Source of the DNA: Squalus acanthias
Taxonomy: Eukaryota
Direction of reading: 5' to 3'
Assembly: GCA_030390025.1 (NCBI GenBank)
Contig: CM059432.1
Location: 134,852,001 to 134,916,000 of the forward strand
Length of the DNA: 64,000 nt
Shown here in pieces: positions 11,990-25,277 of this stretch. Within the stretch, counting starts at the first letter, position 1, and each line of letters opens with the position of its first letter. A model generated the notes under the pieces. It was given only the letters and a program-made list of their open reading frames with translations, searched no databases and had not been told where the DNA came from. Both the position numbers and the translations under genes were made by a program.

Positions 11990-12770
11990 AGCTGATAAGT
12001 GTCAAGTAACATTCGCGCCACACAAGTGCCAGGCAATGACCATCTCCAACAAGAGAAATCTAACCACCTCCCCTTGACATTCAACGACATGACCATCGCC
12101 GAATCCCCCACCATCAACATCCTGGGGGTCACCATTGACCAGAAACTCAACTGGACCAGCCACATAAATACTGTGGCTACAAGAGCAGGTCAGAAGCTGG
12201 GTATTCTGCGGCGAGTCTCACCTCCTGACTCCCCAAAGCCTTTCCACCATCTACAAGGCACAGATCAGGAGTGTGATGGAATACTCTCCACTTGCCTGGA
12301 TGAGTGCAACTCCAACAACACTCAAGAAGCTCGACACCATCCAGGACAAAGCAGCCCGCTTGATTGGCACCTCATCCACCACCTCATTCACTCCCTCTGC
12401 AGTCACGGTGCGCCGGTGGTAGTGTGTACCATCTACAAGATGCACTGTAGAAACTCACCAAGGCTTCTTTGACAGCACCTCCCAAACCCTCGACCTCTAC
12501 AACCACAAGGATGAGGGCAGCAGGCGCATGGGAACACCACCACCTCCAAGTTCCCCTCCAAACTTGGAAGTATATCGCCGTTCCTTCATCATCACTAGGT
12601 CACAATCCTGGAACTCCCTCCCTAACAGCACTGTGGGAGCACCTTCACCGCACGGACTGCAGCGGTTCAAGGCGGCGGCTCACCACCACCTTCTCAAGGG
12701 CAATTAGGGATGGGCAATAAATGCTGGCCTTGCCAGCGATGCCCATATCCCAGGAACAAATTTTTAAAAA
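11990..12770 (+). mobile_element. CR1/L2-superclade LINE 3' fragment (family with GGGCAATTAGGGATGGGCAATAAATGCTGGCC tail)
   Basis: VTFAPHKCQAMTIS and ILGVTIDQKLNWTSHINTVA; A-rich end. The same tail occurs at 31086-31232, 53072-53445, 55500-55638 and 60385-60755; an internal piece lies reversed at 52465-52600. Confidence 0.85.
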
Positions 12771-13779
12771 GCAGGTAGACGGAGTTAAGATACAGATCAA
12801 ACATGATCTAATTGAATGGCGGAACAGGCTCCAGGGGCTGAATGGCCTACTCCTGTTCCTATGTTATACGTCCGAGCAGGAATTCAGTAGCCAATGTAAC
12901 CAGAGCTCTCTAAGTCACAGTCGTTGCTTTAGTTTTCTGGCTTAGACCTTCCCTGCTATTGGAAGAACAAGCCAGGAATGAAAAAATAACTTCCCAGACA
13001 GAAGAACACTTGCCCCGAGGCATTCACGTTTCCTGTCAGCTGCTTTTCTTCTCTGGAGGTGCGGGGAAACACCTCGGAGGTCAGATCTCCACCTCACCAG
13101 AGGGGCGAGCGCACCTGGTTTATATTACAGCTGCATATGGGGACACCTCCAGTCCCGGCTAGAGTGGAGATGATTGGGTAATTCCCCCCAGTCAGCCACG
13201 CCTGGACCCCACACTGCTGTAAGTGACCGCGATTGATTTTACACACAATTTTTTTATTATGGAACTATCCTCCGCTCACTGCATTTTGCTGGAGAAATCA
13301 CAGCGCTTTTAAATCGGGAAAAGTTGCTGCAGTTTCGGTCAAGAGTTCTGTTTGCTGGAGTTGGTACAGTCTCTTTTTAAAATAGACGGTGTAAATAAAT
13401 GTTGTTTGTTTTGCTGTAAGATCGACCGTTGGCTGTGAGTCCTGCCTAAGTCCCCCCAACCCATTGGCCGATAGTGGTGGCAATAGACACTCTGTTGTAG
13501 TTACAGCACAGCCCCTGGAGGTGGGGCTGCATTCAGTACCAACACTGCGCTATAAATGCAACTTGAAGTGTTGGTGTTCTAATAGTAATTCTTAAATGAT
13601 GGCTGTTCACTTTCATGTTATGTTTGTACTTCAAATTTCAATACAGCTAATAAACATCCCTACAACACAGTGGCTGAATACATATTAGTCAAACACTTTC
13701 CCACACTCACATTCTTCAGCAAAGGCAATACTGCAGAAGTTAAGTTTGAACCTGAAGGTAACAATTAAAGTCACCTCAG

Positions 13780-14052
13780 TGACCAGAGGACATAGATTGA
13801 AGGTAATTGGCTAAAGTGCCAGAGGTGAGAGGAGCGATCTGGAATGCACTGCCTGAAAGGGCGGTGGAAGCAGATTCAATAGTAACTTTCAAAAAGGGAA
13901 TTGGATAAATACTTGAAGGGGAGAAAATTGCTGGGCTATGGGGAAAGAGCAGGGGGAGTGGGACTAGATAGATCTTTCAAAGAGCCGGCACAGACACGAC
14001 GGGCTGAATGGCCTCCTTCTGTGCTGTGAGATTCTCTGATTCTGCGATTCTA
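13780..14052 (+). mobile_element. CR1 3' end
   Basis: ATCTGGAATGCACTGCCTGAAAGGG core and (GATTCT)n tail. Similar copies at 29065-29420 and 42268-42473. Confidence 0.85.
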
Positions 14053-15129
14053 TAAACAACTTCATTTTCTCTGTACACAGCATAAAAAGATGAGTCATTC
14101 AAGATATTTTGTCCACTGTAGCTGATCACAGTTACATTCTACTTTAACTGCAAGCAGCTTGATCTAAAGCAGTGACAGGGACCACAAACATCCCTCTCTT
14201 CCCCCAAAGTGTCTATTGGGGGTTGTACACTCATGAGAAGGCTGCAAATCCAAGCATTAAAATAAACTTGCAACTCCCCAGTTTCATTCATCATCGCTCT
14301 CTAGGGTTTCCGGAGCCTCGCTTCCCAATCTAAGGAATGGTCAAGAGACCTGATTCTTACGCAATCTGGTTTTCTCGGGCTCGCTACAGGGAAATGCGCA
14401 AGTATGTTCCAGGGTCACGCTTCCGCTTGATGCACAACGAAAGCCAACCACACCTTCTCAATGACATGCACAAAATTGGGAAACATGCCATGGGAACAAC
14501 CAGGAGCACAGATCCGTTTCCTAACCCTCAATGGCAAAGAGCATGGCGTCATCAGCATTTCCCCAAGATGCTATCGGGAAGCACACAGATACAGATCAGT
14601 TACATGCATATAAATTTAAATCATTACACATCTACATGACCAAGATATTAGAGGATGTGGGCGAGAAATAGCTTTAAAAAGGAACAAGCTAGTAATAGGC
14701 TAGGTCAAACGCACTTGCACTGCAGAAACGTTTTATAACTGCCAATATCACAGGTGGCCTTGTCAATCTTCAATTCCCCTTTGTGTATTTATACAAATCA
14801 GGGACCTTAACTTTCCACGTGCTCTCCAGGAACAATGAACTGACTTTTTTTAGATAAACAGCGGTTAAATATTTGTTGAAGGCAGAAATGCCACTTCAGT
14901 GGGCGGCATGACCTGTATATTTATTGGCAGCATCAAGATCTCAGCTCAGCCATGGCATTTTAACAGAGAAGGGAAAAAAAACACAAACCACAGAATACTT
15001 TGAAGATCAAAGCAAAAGAGAGCCCATGAACCACAAGAGGATGATTCTAAAACTGGTGGTACAGCTGCAGTGAGCGAGCGTAATCAGCCCCAATTACAAA
15101 TTCCAGTTACGGTTCCAAAAGCTACGCGC

Positions 15130-15312
15130 GTTCCTTCCCTCTAGTTTTAAGTAATCAGACAGCTTTTTACTGATGCCAGCTTTTAAATTTCCAGATTTCT
15201 TTTTTTAAACTGTATTCAAATGCTCAAACTGACATGGTGGGATTTGAACTCGCGTTCTCTGGCTTTTTAGTCCAGGCCTCTGGATTACTAGTCCAGTAAC
15301 GTAACCACTGCT
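15130..15312 (-). mobile_element. tRNA-derived SINE 5' part
   Basis: Reverse strand has A-box-like GCAGTGGTTA and B-box GTTCAAATCC. Confidence 0.6.
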
Positions 15313-16774
15313 TTTTAAAAAAAAAGTCGCATGTTTCTCTCGTACTCAAACCTCATTTCCATCGTAAACCTAATCTTAAATGCCACCATGTTGTGGCCAC
15401 TGTTGCCAAGATGTTAGATGACTCTGACCTACTCTACCAAAAAGCAAAGAATGTTTTTTTAAGATATGTACAGGAAATAGATGAAACACTGAAGACCAAA
15501 TAGGTTCTTTAAAGGATAAATGTTATGGAGCGGTTTTTAAAAAATCATCAAATTGTATATGGGTTAAATTAATTGTGTGTCACTGAAAAGTCTGAACAAG
15601 TGACAAATCCAAATTGGCTCTGAACCTTATAATGTAGTCAGTGCCTACAAAGCACCTGGACCAACCAAGTGGGAGACACCCTCGAATTCTCAAGGAAATG
15701 AGCAAGACTCCGGTTAAGGTTTTTAAAGAGGCCTTTTTAGAAGTTCTACTGCATGGCTAATGTAATCATAATAATCAAGAGAGAAAACATCTGAAGGCAC
15801 TTTACGAGGGTAGCGGGTATTAGAATAAACTAAATAGAAAAGATAAACTTGCATTTATATAGCGACCTCAGGATGCCCCAAAGCACTTTACAGCCAATGA
15901 AGTACTTTTGAAGTGAAGTCACTGTTGTAATGCAGGCAGCCAAATTACACAAAGCAAGATCCCATGAACAGCAATGTGATAATGACTAGATAATCTGGTT
16001 TTAGGTGTTGGTTGAGGGGTAAATATTGGCCAGGACACCTCCCTTCACCAAACATTGGCAACGGTGCCTTCAGCCATCCACGCCACATCCTCTGGAATTC
16101 CCTCCCTAAACCCTCCGCCTCTCCACCTTTAAACCCACCTCTTTGACCAAGCTTTTCCTCTCCCCCACCAAATACCTTCTTCTCTGGCTAGGTAGGCCTC
16201 CATTTTTGTCTGAATATGCCTTTGTGAAGAACCTTGGGACGTTTTTCTATGTTAAAGGTGCTATATAAATGCAAGTAGTTGCTGTTGTCAACACCCCCCC
16301 CCCTGTGGATGAATGGCACTTTTGAGGTGTAAAACCTTACAGTTAATGTTATAGGCATGCTCTTTCAATTATGTAGACAGATGTCATTATCTTTGAACTA
16401 TTCAATGACTTGGAAAATTAAAAGATTTATAAATAGAGGCAAAAAGAATAAAGGTTTTTAAGCAAGCGGGTTGTCAACACTGCGGAAATTTCCGACAACC
16501 CATTCCTTCAGTCAACTATTAGTTTTCTTATTCTGTCGCTGAAAGTCCCAATAGATCTACAGTATAGTACTTATTCAAGTGCTAAAGATTCCCTTTAGGG
16601 CATTTTTCTGAAAATTATAGGTTGTTGTGGCAAGGAATACAAACCACAAATACATGGTTTACATATGACAAATTACTACAGCAAATTACATCGGATAGAA
16701 GGCTGTAAAACAGCCTATTCTGGCAGCAATGCAATGAGTCACCGAAGGTATAGGACTGGCACCGATAGATCGGC

Positions 16775-17170
16775 AAACAAATCAACTTGCATTTAAATAG
16801 CACCTTCAACGTAGTAAAAGGTCCCAAGGTGCTTCACAGGAGCGATTATCAAACAAAATTTGACACTGAGCCACATAAGGAGAAATTAGGACAGGCGACC
16901 AAAAGCTTGGTCAAAGAGGTAGGTTTTAAGGAGCGTCTTAAAGGAGGAAAGAGAAGTAGAGAGGTGGAGAGGTTTAGGGAGGGAATTCCAGAGCTTAGGG
17001 CCCAGGCAGCAGAAGGCACAGCCTGCCAATGGTAGAGCGATTAAAATTGGGGCTGCGCTAGAAGCCAGAGTTGGAGGAGCGCAGAGATCTCAGAGGGTTG
17101 GAGGAGGTTACAGAGATTGGGAGCGGCGACACCATAGAGAGATCTGAAAACAAGGATGAGAATTTTATGA
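16775..17170 (-). mobile_element. L2 LINE 3' fragment
   Basis: Matches the 3' end of the L2 at 61185-62365. Confidence 0.85.
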
Positions 17171-18164
17171 ATGAGTCGCAATCCTAATAAGAAAAAATGC
17201 CAGTCTCAATTCTAGATGAGTTTGGACAAGAGATAAATTTGCCACTCTGAAGTGAAAACACCCCCCCGCACATGTAGCACTAGATTCATTGGCACTGCAG
17301 GATTGAAACATACGCAGGCTATGAAACCAATTTGAAATGTGGCAACTATGGATTCAATCTCACATTTCTCTCCTTTAGACCTACATTTTATCAGTCCAGG
17401 CACAGAATTTATCCCCCTTTTTCCACTGTGGAACAGCAAGGAGTGTTCAAAGGCAGGTACTGTGCGAGTGTTGCAAGCTGTCTCCTGCTTTCGACCCACA
17501 TTCCCTAAACCACAGCATTCATTATCAACCTCAAAAAGGATGGCAGACGGAGCGCAACGTATCTGCATGCAAGCCCAGGGCATTCTCGTCTTAAATCCAG
17601 CACTCAATCCACCAAGCTATCTGACTGCAATTTATTAGAGCGAGTTACGTTATAACGTTATTTCAATTCTTTATGAATTACTCTATCTGATATTAGCCTG
17701 TGCTATTATTCTTTAAAGTTTCAATGAATATAATCTCACTGACAATATCACCTCACCCCAAATGGGAAAGTAAAAAAACTTTAAACTCCCTAGGGCAAGA
17801 CATCAGATGGTTGGTCAGAGTATCGTAATCCCTTAATATCATATTCAAGAGAATATTCACACAATAAGGAGCCAAAAGTCACTGTAGAAGTATTTTTCCT
17901 CTGTGTGTAAAGTTTAACAGAAAATTCTTTCACTAAACCATAATGGTCTTCTAAATAGCTCCCCTCTCTTTTTAAATTTACAGTCAAGATCTGGCAATGA
18001 CAATAGCTGACCGAACATTCAAAAGTGAACAATTTGTTTTCAAAATTCAATGAAGCGTTGTTCCCCCTATTCACTTGCTTTCAGTTTGCTCTGCAATGCC
18101 CTCTCTTCCCAATATATTTTCATAGCCCTGCCCGACATCAAACCGCCCCCGGTCTCTTTGTGTG

Positions 18165-18692
18165 CTTGCCGTAAACTTGAGCTGATACAAAACTCGGCTG
18201 CCCGTGTCCTAATTCGCACCCAGTCCCGTTCACCCATCGCCCCTGTGCTCGCTGACCGACACTGGCTTCCGGTCCAGCAACACCTCAATTTAAAATTCTC
18301 ATCCTTGCTTTCAAATCCCACCATGGCCTCGCCCCTCCCTATCTCTGTAATCTCTTCCAGCCCCACAACCACCCCCCCCCCCCCGCCCCCGAGATATCTG
18401 CCCTCTTGAACATCCCTGATTATAATCGCTCAACCATTGGCGGCCGTGCCTTCTGTTGCCTAGGCCCTAAGCTCTGGAATTCCCTGCCTAAACCTCTCCG
18501 CCTCGCTACCTCTCTTTCCTCCTTTAAGACGCTCCTTAAAACCTACCTCTTTGACCAAGCTTTTGGTCACCTGTCCTAATTTCTCGCTGCGTGGCTCAGT
18601 GTCAAATTTTGTTTGTTAATCACCCTTGTGCAGCGCCTTGGAACGTCTTTACTATGTTAAAGGTGCTATATAAATACAAGTTGTTGTTGTTG
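18165..18692 (+). mobile_element. L2 LINE 3' fragment
   Basis: LELIQNSAARVL...SPIAPVLADRHWLPV and a (TTG)n tail. Further fragments at 16040-16290, 22360-22822, 23960-24125, 47655-47810 and 58895-59090. Confidence 0.88.
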
Positions 18693-18844
18693 TCAGTAAA
18701 ATTATTTTTACTAAAAGGCTGCAGTAAGAGAGACATGGATACAAATAGTTCATGTAAGAAACAAAGTGAATGGGGAACCAAACTATTTTGAAGATAAAGA
18801 TTTGGTCCACTCTTGTACACAATTATTCGGTAACTTTCACTGAA

Positions 18845-19748
18845 AGAACAAACTTGCATTTCTATAGCACCTCTCACGACCTCAGCACGTCCCAAAGCAC
18901 TGTACAGCTAATGAAGGATTTTTTGAAGTGGAGTCACTGTTGTAATGTTGGAAACGTGGCAGCCAATTTGCGCACAGCAAGCTCCCACAAATAGCAATTT
19001 GATAAATGACCTGATAATTTTTTAAGTTATGTTGGTTGAAGGAGAACTCTCCTGTTCTTCAAATAATTCCATGAATCTTTTACATCCACCCGAGAGGGCA
19101 GACGGGGGGGGGGCAAGGATGAAAATTTTAAATCGAGGTGTTGCCGGACCGGGAGCCAATGTAGGTCAGCACCTCCGACAGCGTAAAAGAAAAGAAAGAC
19201 TTGCATTTCTATAGCGCCTTTCACGACCACCGGACGTCTCAAAGCACTTTACAGCCAATGAAGTACTTTTGAAGGGGAGTCACTGTTGTAATGTGGGAAA
19301 TGCAGCAGCCAATTTGCGCACAGCAAGCTCCCACAAACAGCAATGTGATAATGACCAGATAATCTGTTTTTGTTATGTTGGTTGAGGGATAAATATTGAC
19401 CAGGACACCAGGGAGAACTCCGCTGCTGCTCTTCGAAATAGTGCCATGGGATCTTTTACGTCCACCTGAGAGAGAGCAGACGGGGCCTCGGTTTAACGTC
19501 TCATCTGACAGTGCAGCACCTCCGACAGTGCAGCACTCCCTCAGCACTGCACTGGAGTGTCAGCCTAGATTTTTGTGCTCAAGTCCCTGGAGTGGGACTT
19601 GAACCCACAACCTGCACTCGGCTGACACTCCACCAGTACTGCACTGGAGTGTTAGCTGAGATTATGTGCTCAAGACTCTGGAGTGGGGCTTGAACCCGTG
19701 ACCTTCTGACCCAGAGGCGAGAGTACTACCCACTGAGCCACAGCTGGC
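18845..19748 (-). mobile_element. Two nested Deu-domain SINEs (SacSINE1/AmnSINE-like)
   Basis: A younger copy (~19190-19612) sits inside an older copy; tRNA-like head near 19690-19748. Confidence 0.75.
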
Positions 19749-19789
19749 GCTAGTTTAAAAAAAAAAGGAAAATAGGAGCTCTTTAATAG

Positions 19790-20400
19790 ATCGGCAAGCT
19801 TATTCAGTGAGTAGCTTGAATCATACAAACCGGGAGAGTCCCAGAATCGAGCCCCAGTCCGTAATGAGTTAGCTCAGGCTGCAGTTGCTGTTCTACAATT
19901 GACCTTTGCAGCCCTGGGTTAGGAGAGGGTGGAAAATCATCAAGGAATCTTGTTCCTCATCACTGTCCCAACAATCCCTGTTGGAAGTGTGTGTGTGAGA
20001 GAGTGAGAGGGGAGAGAGTGAGAGGGGAGAGAGTGAGAGGGGAGAGAGTGAGAGGGGAGAGAGTGAGAGGGGAGAGAGTGAGAGGGGAGAGAGTGAGAGG
20101 GGAGAGAGTGAGAGGGGAGAGAGTGTGAGGGAGAGTGTGAGGGAGAGTGTGAGGGAGAGTGTGAGGGAGAGTGTGAGGGAGAGTGTGAGGGAGAGTGTGA
20201 GGGAGAGTGTGAGGGAGAGTGTGAGGGAGAGTGTGAGGGAGAGTGTGAGGGAGAGTGTGAGGGAGAGTGTGAGGGAGAGTGTGAGGGAGAGTGTGTGTAC
20301 ATTGGCTGAAGACAGGAATAGTGCCCACGGTCAAGCAACTTGCCAAGACACCTGGTCCCAACATGTAGGATGGACAGATTTGCTGAAAATGTCCATGTGC
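19790..20400 (+). mobile_element. Old tRNA-SINE resembling LF-SINE, interrupted by a satellite
   Basis: GAGTTAGCTC...CTACAATTGACC...CCCTGGGTTAGGAGAGGG motifs. Similar pieces at 25280-25600 (minus) and 51345-51460. Confidence 0.45.
19987..20297. repeat. Compound purine-rich satellite: 15-mer GAGTGAGAGGGGAGA (~8 copies) then 12-mer GAGTGTGAGGGA (~14 copies)
   Basis: Seen directly; explains the SHSP/RESV ORFs. Confidence 0.95.
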
Positions 20401-21237
20401 AGCCGAAGCTCATCGGGGGTGGACTGGCTCATTCCCCTTCCGGAGATGTGATTTGAAACCAGCAGCTGGTGTCAAAGCAGACACTGATGCTCTCATGATC
20501 CAATCATGTGACTTGAACTGTCGCGATACCATACAATTGGAACGGACATGGCATCAGGTTTGTATTTCACTGCACGAGAGGGGGCTGGTGGTGTCCCCTG
20601 GAAACTAAAACAGAAAAAGCACCGTTGTCACATGTTGATGCGAGCACTGCAGTGGGCTATTCCCTCGCATCATGCACCTAATTGCTGGCAAAACATAAAC
20701 CAGTGACTGACCTTTAATCTGTCCTTTTCAACTGCGATGATGCTGGTCTTGAAATCTACAGTATAGTGATGTTAGTTTAAGATTCCTAACCCTTACTATT
20801 TGCTGCACTCTGCTTGACCCTTCCTTCACAAGACACAAATCAATTGGCCACAGTCACTAGTGTGATGTCGGCAACAATGAACTGAGTGTGCTGGGAATCA
20901 GTTCAAGAATGAAACAGAGCCAAGTACTTCAATGGACTGGAGGATCCCCTTATTCCAGCATAAAACACTCATTACCACCATGGTCATTTTAGGCCTTTGC
21001 CACGCACAAATGGGAGCAGTTTTTGATCAATGGAACGGTCTGATTCAAGCAGTTTTGTCCTGTGGGACATGGCCCCAAAGCCTACAGACAACATGCCACT
21101 TTCTCAGAAGATAAATAATTATGTTTTGAAAATGTTTTTCCCTCAAGATTAGGTATTAGGTTCCGCTGACAGCTTGCCACTCCCGGAACTCGCAGGATAC
21201 TGGGCCTTTAGGATAGTAAATTTCACAGAATCTCAAT

Positions 21238-21975
21238 GGCCCAAAAATTAGTGAGGAAGCCTTCGTGCGAGGGTAAGGCTTCCCCGCGATCTCTCACTGC
21301 GCGCTGGCTTTTTCATTCCCAGCTCGCACGAACTTGATGTTCTGGACAGCAGCTGTGCAGGGCTTCCGTATCCCACAGGCGCAGTTAATTCGTGCGAGCT
21401 GTGGGATCACGTGATTCAGTTAGAGCCAATGGCAGCACACCATCTTTCATTCATAGCTTTCACAACAAGTGCTGTGAAAGCTATGAATCTATACCCCCCC
21501 AAAAGAACAGCTAAACCTCAATTAAATTTTTTTTTAAAATCATAATAAAATAAGTATAGTTAAATAAATTAACCATTTTAAACAAAAAATTAAATTTTTG
21601 AAAAAAATAAAAATCTTTTAAAAAGTTATAAAAATAAACTTACCTTTCTTTAAAGTCTCTAAAAAAGATATACCTGTTGAAAAAAATTCAAAATAATACT
21701 TAATTAACTACTTACCTTGTTAAAAGAGGGTCTTACGCCTCCTTTCTTTATGTGCAAAATCTTCCATACTTACCTGCGCGTTCAAAGCACTAAGTGCACT
21801 GCGTGCGCGCAGCCTGTAGCGCGCACGCTGTTCACCTAGGAACCGCCCCCTTTTGAAATCACCAAGTGCCGGTTTTCAGCGCATGCGCAGTGCATGCAGA
21901 AAACCGGCAATTGGAGACAGAATACGCGAGAGTACACAGTGCGTACTCTCGCGTAGCAACACTAATTTTTGGGCC
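21238..21975. mobile_element. Harbinger-type MITE, copy A
   Basis: Perfect TIR GGCCCAAAAATTAGTG / CACTAATTTTTGGGCC with flanks AAT/ATT; GC-rich arms around an AT-rich core. Confidence 0.85.
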
Positions 21976-23132
21976 ATTAACTCCCAGACTGCTAGTCATT
22001 AGAGAATCTGCTGCACGCACTGAGATAACAGCTCCTACATCGCACCACCTTCAGGTTTCTAAGCTGTACGAAATGTGTCCACGTTAAACGACCAGTGGCT
22101 TGTATTTCACTCATTTCTTGTTACAAGAGAACTTGAATTGCCCAACACACATGCAAACTTCTCACATTCAAACGTTAACCAAATTCATGGTTCGTCTCAA
22201 AGTTGGGATGGGTGCTGGGCTCATTATGTTGTCCCTTGGCCAACAAAGAATCCCCTCTTGCCCGCCACCCAAAACAAAAGCTAATTTTTATTGTTCCACT
22301 ACGTACTTTAAAAAAAAGTTAACAGCTGTGTCCAGGTTTTTCCTAAACTCTTTGTTTTCAATTCCCTCCGTGGCCTCGCCCCTCCCTCTCTCTGTAACCT
22401 CCTCCAGACCTCCAGCGCTCCAAGAGCCCTGCGTCCTCCAATTCTGGACTCTTGCACATCCCCGATTTCCATCGCTCCACCATTGGCGGCCGTGCCATCA
22501 GCTTCCTAGGCCCCAATCTCTGGAATTCCCTCCCTCGACCTCTCCGCCTCTCTTTCCTCCTTTAAGATACGCCTGAAAGCCAACTCATCGGCCCGAATAT
22601 CTCTTCATGTGGCTTGAATTCAAATTTTGTTTGATAACATAGAAACATAGAAGATAGGAGCAGGAGTAGGCCATTCGGCCCATTTAAGGAGATCATGGCT
22701 GATCATCCAAATTCAGTACCCTGTCCCTGCTTTCTCCCCATATCCCTTTAGCCTTAAGAAATGGTGAAGCGCCTTGGGAAGTTTCCCTACATTAAAGCCG
22801 CTATATAAATACAAGTTGTTGTCTCAAGAGTCAGTCTCAACTCCATTCTACCTCCACGTTGCTGATCTCAATCACAGTATCCCAAAGCAAGTCAAAATGC
22901 CAGTGTCGCTCACAAATGTACCGCAGACACACACAGTACACGGGCACTGTTTTATTGCAAAAGAAAATTCAGGGAAGGCAGAGCTCTTGAAAGTTTTGAC
23001 ACTACATTGGTGTATTTAGTTATAATCTTGAACACACAAATATCCAAGCTTTAGGTGTTTGAGAGCTACTTAGGTGCATACTATGGAGTCGGATGGAGCG
23101 ACATCTCAAAGATTAAATCCAAGTTCCTATTA

Positions 23133-23511
23133 CAGGAAACTCTATTAACCGGCACCGACGGGACCGGCATGGTGCCGGTTTATCGAAATTACCGGATAAC
23201 GGAGAGTTATATCTACCGAGGCTATTTTTAACAAAGAAAAATAAATAAATCAAGAAATGTGCAGTATACAGTATTTGGGTACTTTTGAAAACTACCCCTA
23301 CTGACTAAATCGGCGTTCTCGGACTCGGACTCGGGATCGGCAACATTGCCGGTTATTTGAGAGGAGTTTTCGGAGCACTCGGCGTTCGCGGAGACTCGAC
23401 TGCGACTCGGCAACATTGCCGGTTATTTGAGAGGAGTTTTCGGAGGATGATTTTTGCCGGTTAAGCGAGAATTCCGGATTATTTGGGTGCCGGATAAACA
23501 AAAGTTTCCTG
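23133..23511. mobile_element. Tc1/mariner (pogo/Tigger-like) MITE
   Basis: TA|CAGGAAACT...AGTTTCCTG|TA, repeated CCGG-ATAA/TTAA motifs and an internal ~38-bp direct duplication. Confidence 0.85.
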
Positions 23512-24817
23512 TAATTTGCATATGTCTGAAGCTGTACATACAAACAAATCTTGGTGTTTGGATTTAGAATTGACCCAACAACGGTGCAACAGACAGCCCT
23601 TTCCCAAACCTCGGAGCCCCCGAAATTCAAAGTGAACAAACCAGGAATTAAGAAACGCAAATAAAACATAGTTGCCTGGTTTGTGGGCCAGACGGCCAGG
23701 ATTTCACGAACCATACGTGGCCCACGAGCCATAGTGTGGGCATCTCGGTACCAGATGGCTCTTAAAACACAGTACACACATTTATAATGTTTCTCCGGCA
23801 TTGAAATTGTTCTGCCTTGTTGAGAACCCCATAGTGGAGCCCGAGTCCTGGAGTCCAGTCTGGGCTCCATCAGTTGATATACGCAGGCATAATTTTGCGC
23901 ACAAAATGGTTGTAGAACGGGAAAAGTACCGTGACACTTCCCCGCCATTAACACTGAACCAAATCCAAAACTCTTGCTTCTAGTGTCCTAATCCGCACCA
24001 AGTCCCGTTCACCCATCACCCCTGTGCTCGCTGACCTACACTGGCTCCCGGTTAAGAAACGCCTCGATTTTAAAATTCTCATCCGTGGTTTTCACATCCC
24101 TCCATGGCCTCGGCCCTCCCTATTTCTAAACTTTTTGTCTCGTTTGTGGGGAAGTACCCGAGTTATGAAGGCAACGCTGAAACCAGGAACTTAGTGTATA
24201 AAGAATCATGGGTTCAACCAATTTCCTCCTCTCCCCGTCAGCGCTTATTTTTGTTTTTAAATTCAATCAGAAGGGTTTGTTTTAACCGCATAATAATGAG
24301 ATCGCAAGAGAAATCTTTTTGCACCTCCAGTAGCAGAATCAAACCCTGTGCTCTACATGGCAGAGTGCTCCGATCACTAAAAAAACACCACCTGCTGCAG
24401 CAGATCCACCAGTACAGAGACAGTCACTAGCGTACAGCAGGCAGCAAATGATCAGAGGTAGCAAGAAAGCAGTCAGAGAAAAAATAAAGGATAGGGTGAC
24501 TAGATGGATGTCGATTGTAAGTTGGCCAGGTCTTTCGTTTTACAGTCCGCCAAAAGATGAAAAGTAGCTCGCCCCCGCCAGTACGGAGAGATTCTAACAC
24601 CTGACACATGAACTGTAGTTGGCAGCAGCTTCCTATAGATATCATACGTGGAACATTGTCTGGGCTGCAGCACAAAACGCAGGACGTGTCCAATATTATA
24701 CATAGTTTAATGGCTGAAATCCCCCCTCCTGAAGGCGATGGTTCTTACTGCAATATAGTTGGACAAATAACTGAAAGTTCTCCAGTACTTGGCGCGAGTT
24801 GCCATTCTTCGTTCTTC

Positions 24818-25277
24818 AAGTCACTGACTAGATTTAAGAAGGAGATAGATAGATTTCTAGACACTAGAGTTTAGAAGAATGAGAGGGGATCTCATTGAAA
24901 TGTATAAAATTCTGACAGGGCTAAACAGGCTGGATGCAGGGAGGATGTTTTCCCTGGCTGGGGGGTCTAGAACGAGGGGTCACAGTCTCAGGATACGGGG
25001 TAGGACATTTAGGACTGAGATGAGGGGAAGTTTCTTCACTCAGAGGGTGGTGAACCTGTGGAATTCTCTACCACAGAAGGCTGTGGAGGCCAAGTCACTG
25101 AATATATTTAAGAAGGAGATAGATAGATTTCTAGACACAAAAGGCATCAAGGGGTGTGGGGAGAGAGCGGGAATATGGTATTGAGATAGAGGATCAGCCA
25201 TGATCATATTGAATGGCGGAGCAGGCTCGAAGGGCCAAATGGCCTACTCCTGCTCCGCCATTCAATATGTTCTATGT
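24818..25277 (+). mobile_element. CR1 3' fragment with rearranged ends
   Basis: ORF 24879-25184 reads MRGDLIEMYKIL...FFTQRVVNLWNSLP. Confidence 0.88.

Noticed and set aside
19940..20451. SHSP/HTLP/RESV repeat ORFs resembling a CTD-like repeat protein
   Set aside because: They are translations of the 12/15-mer satellite, with no splice or homology support.
23298..23954. 218-aa minus-strand ORF
   Set aside because: It runs across a MITE boundary and unrelated sequence with no recognisable domain, so it is likely a chance ORF.
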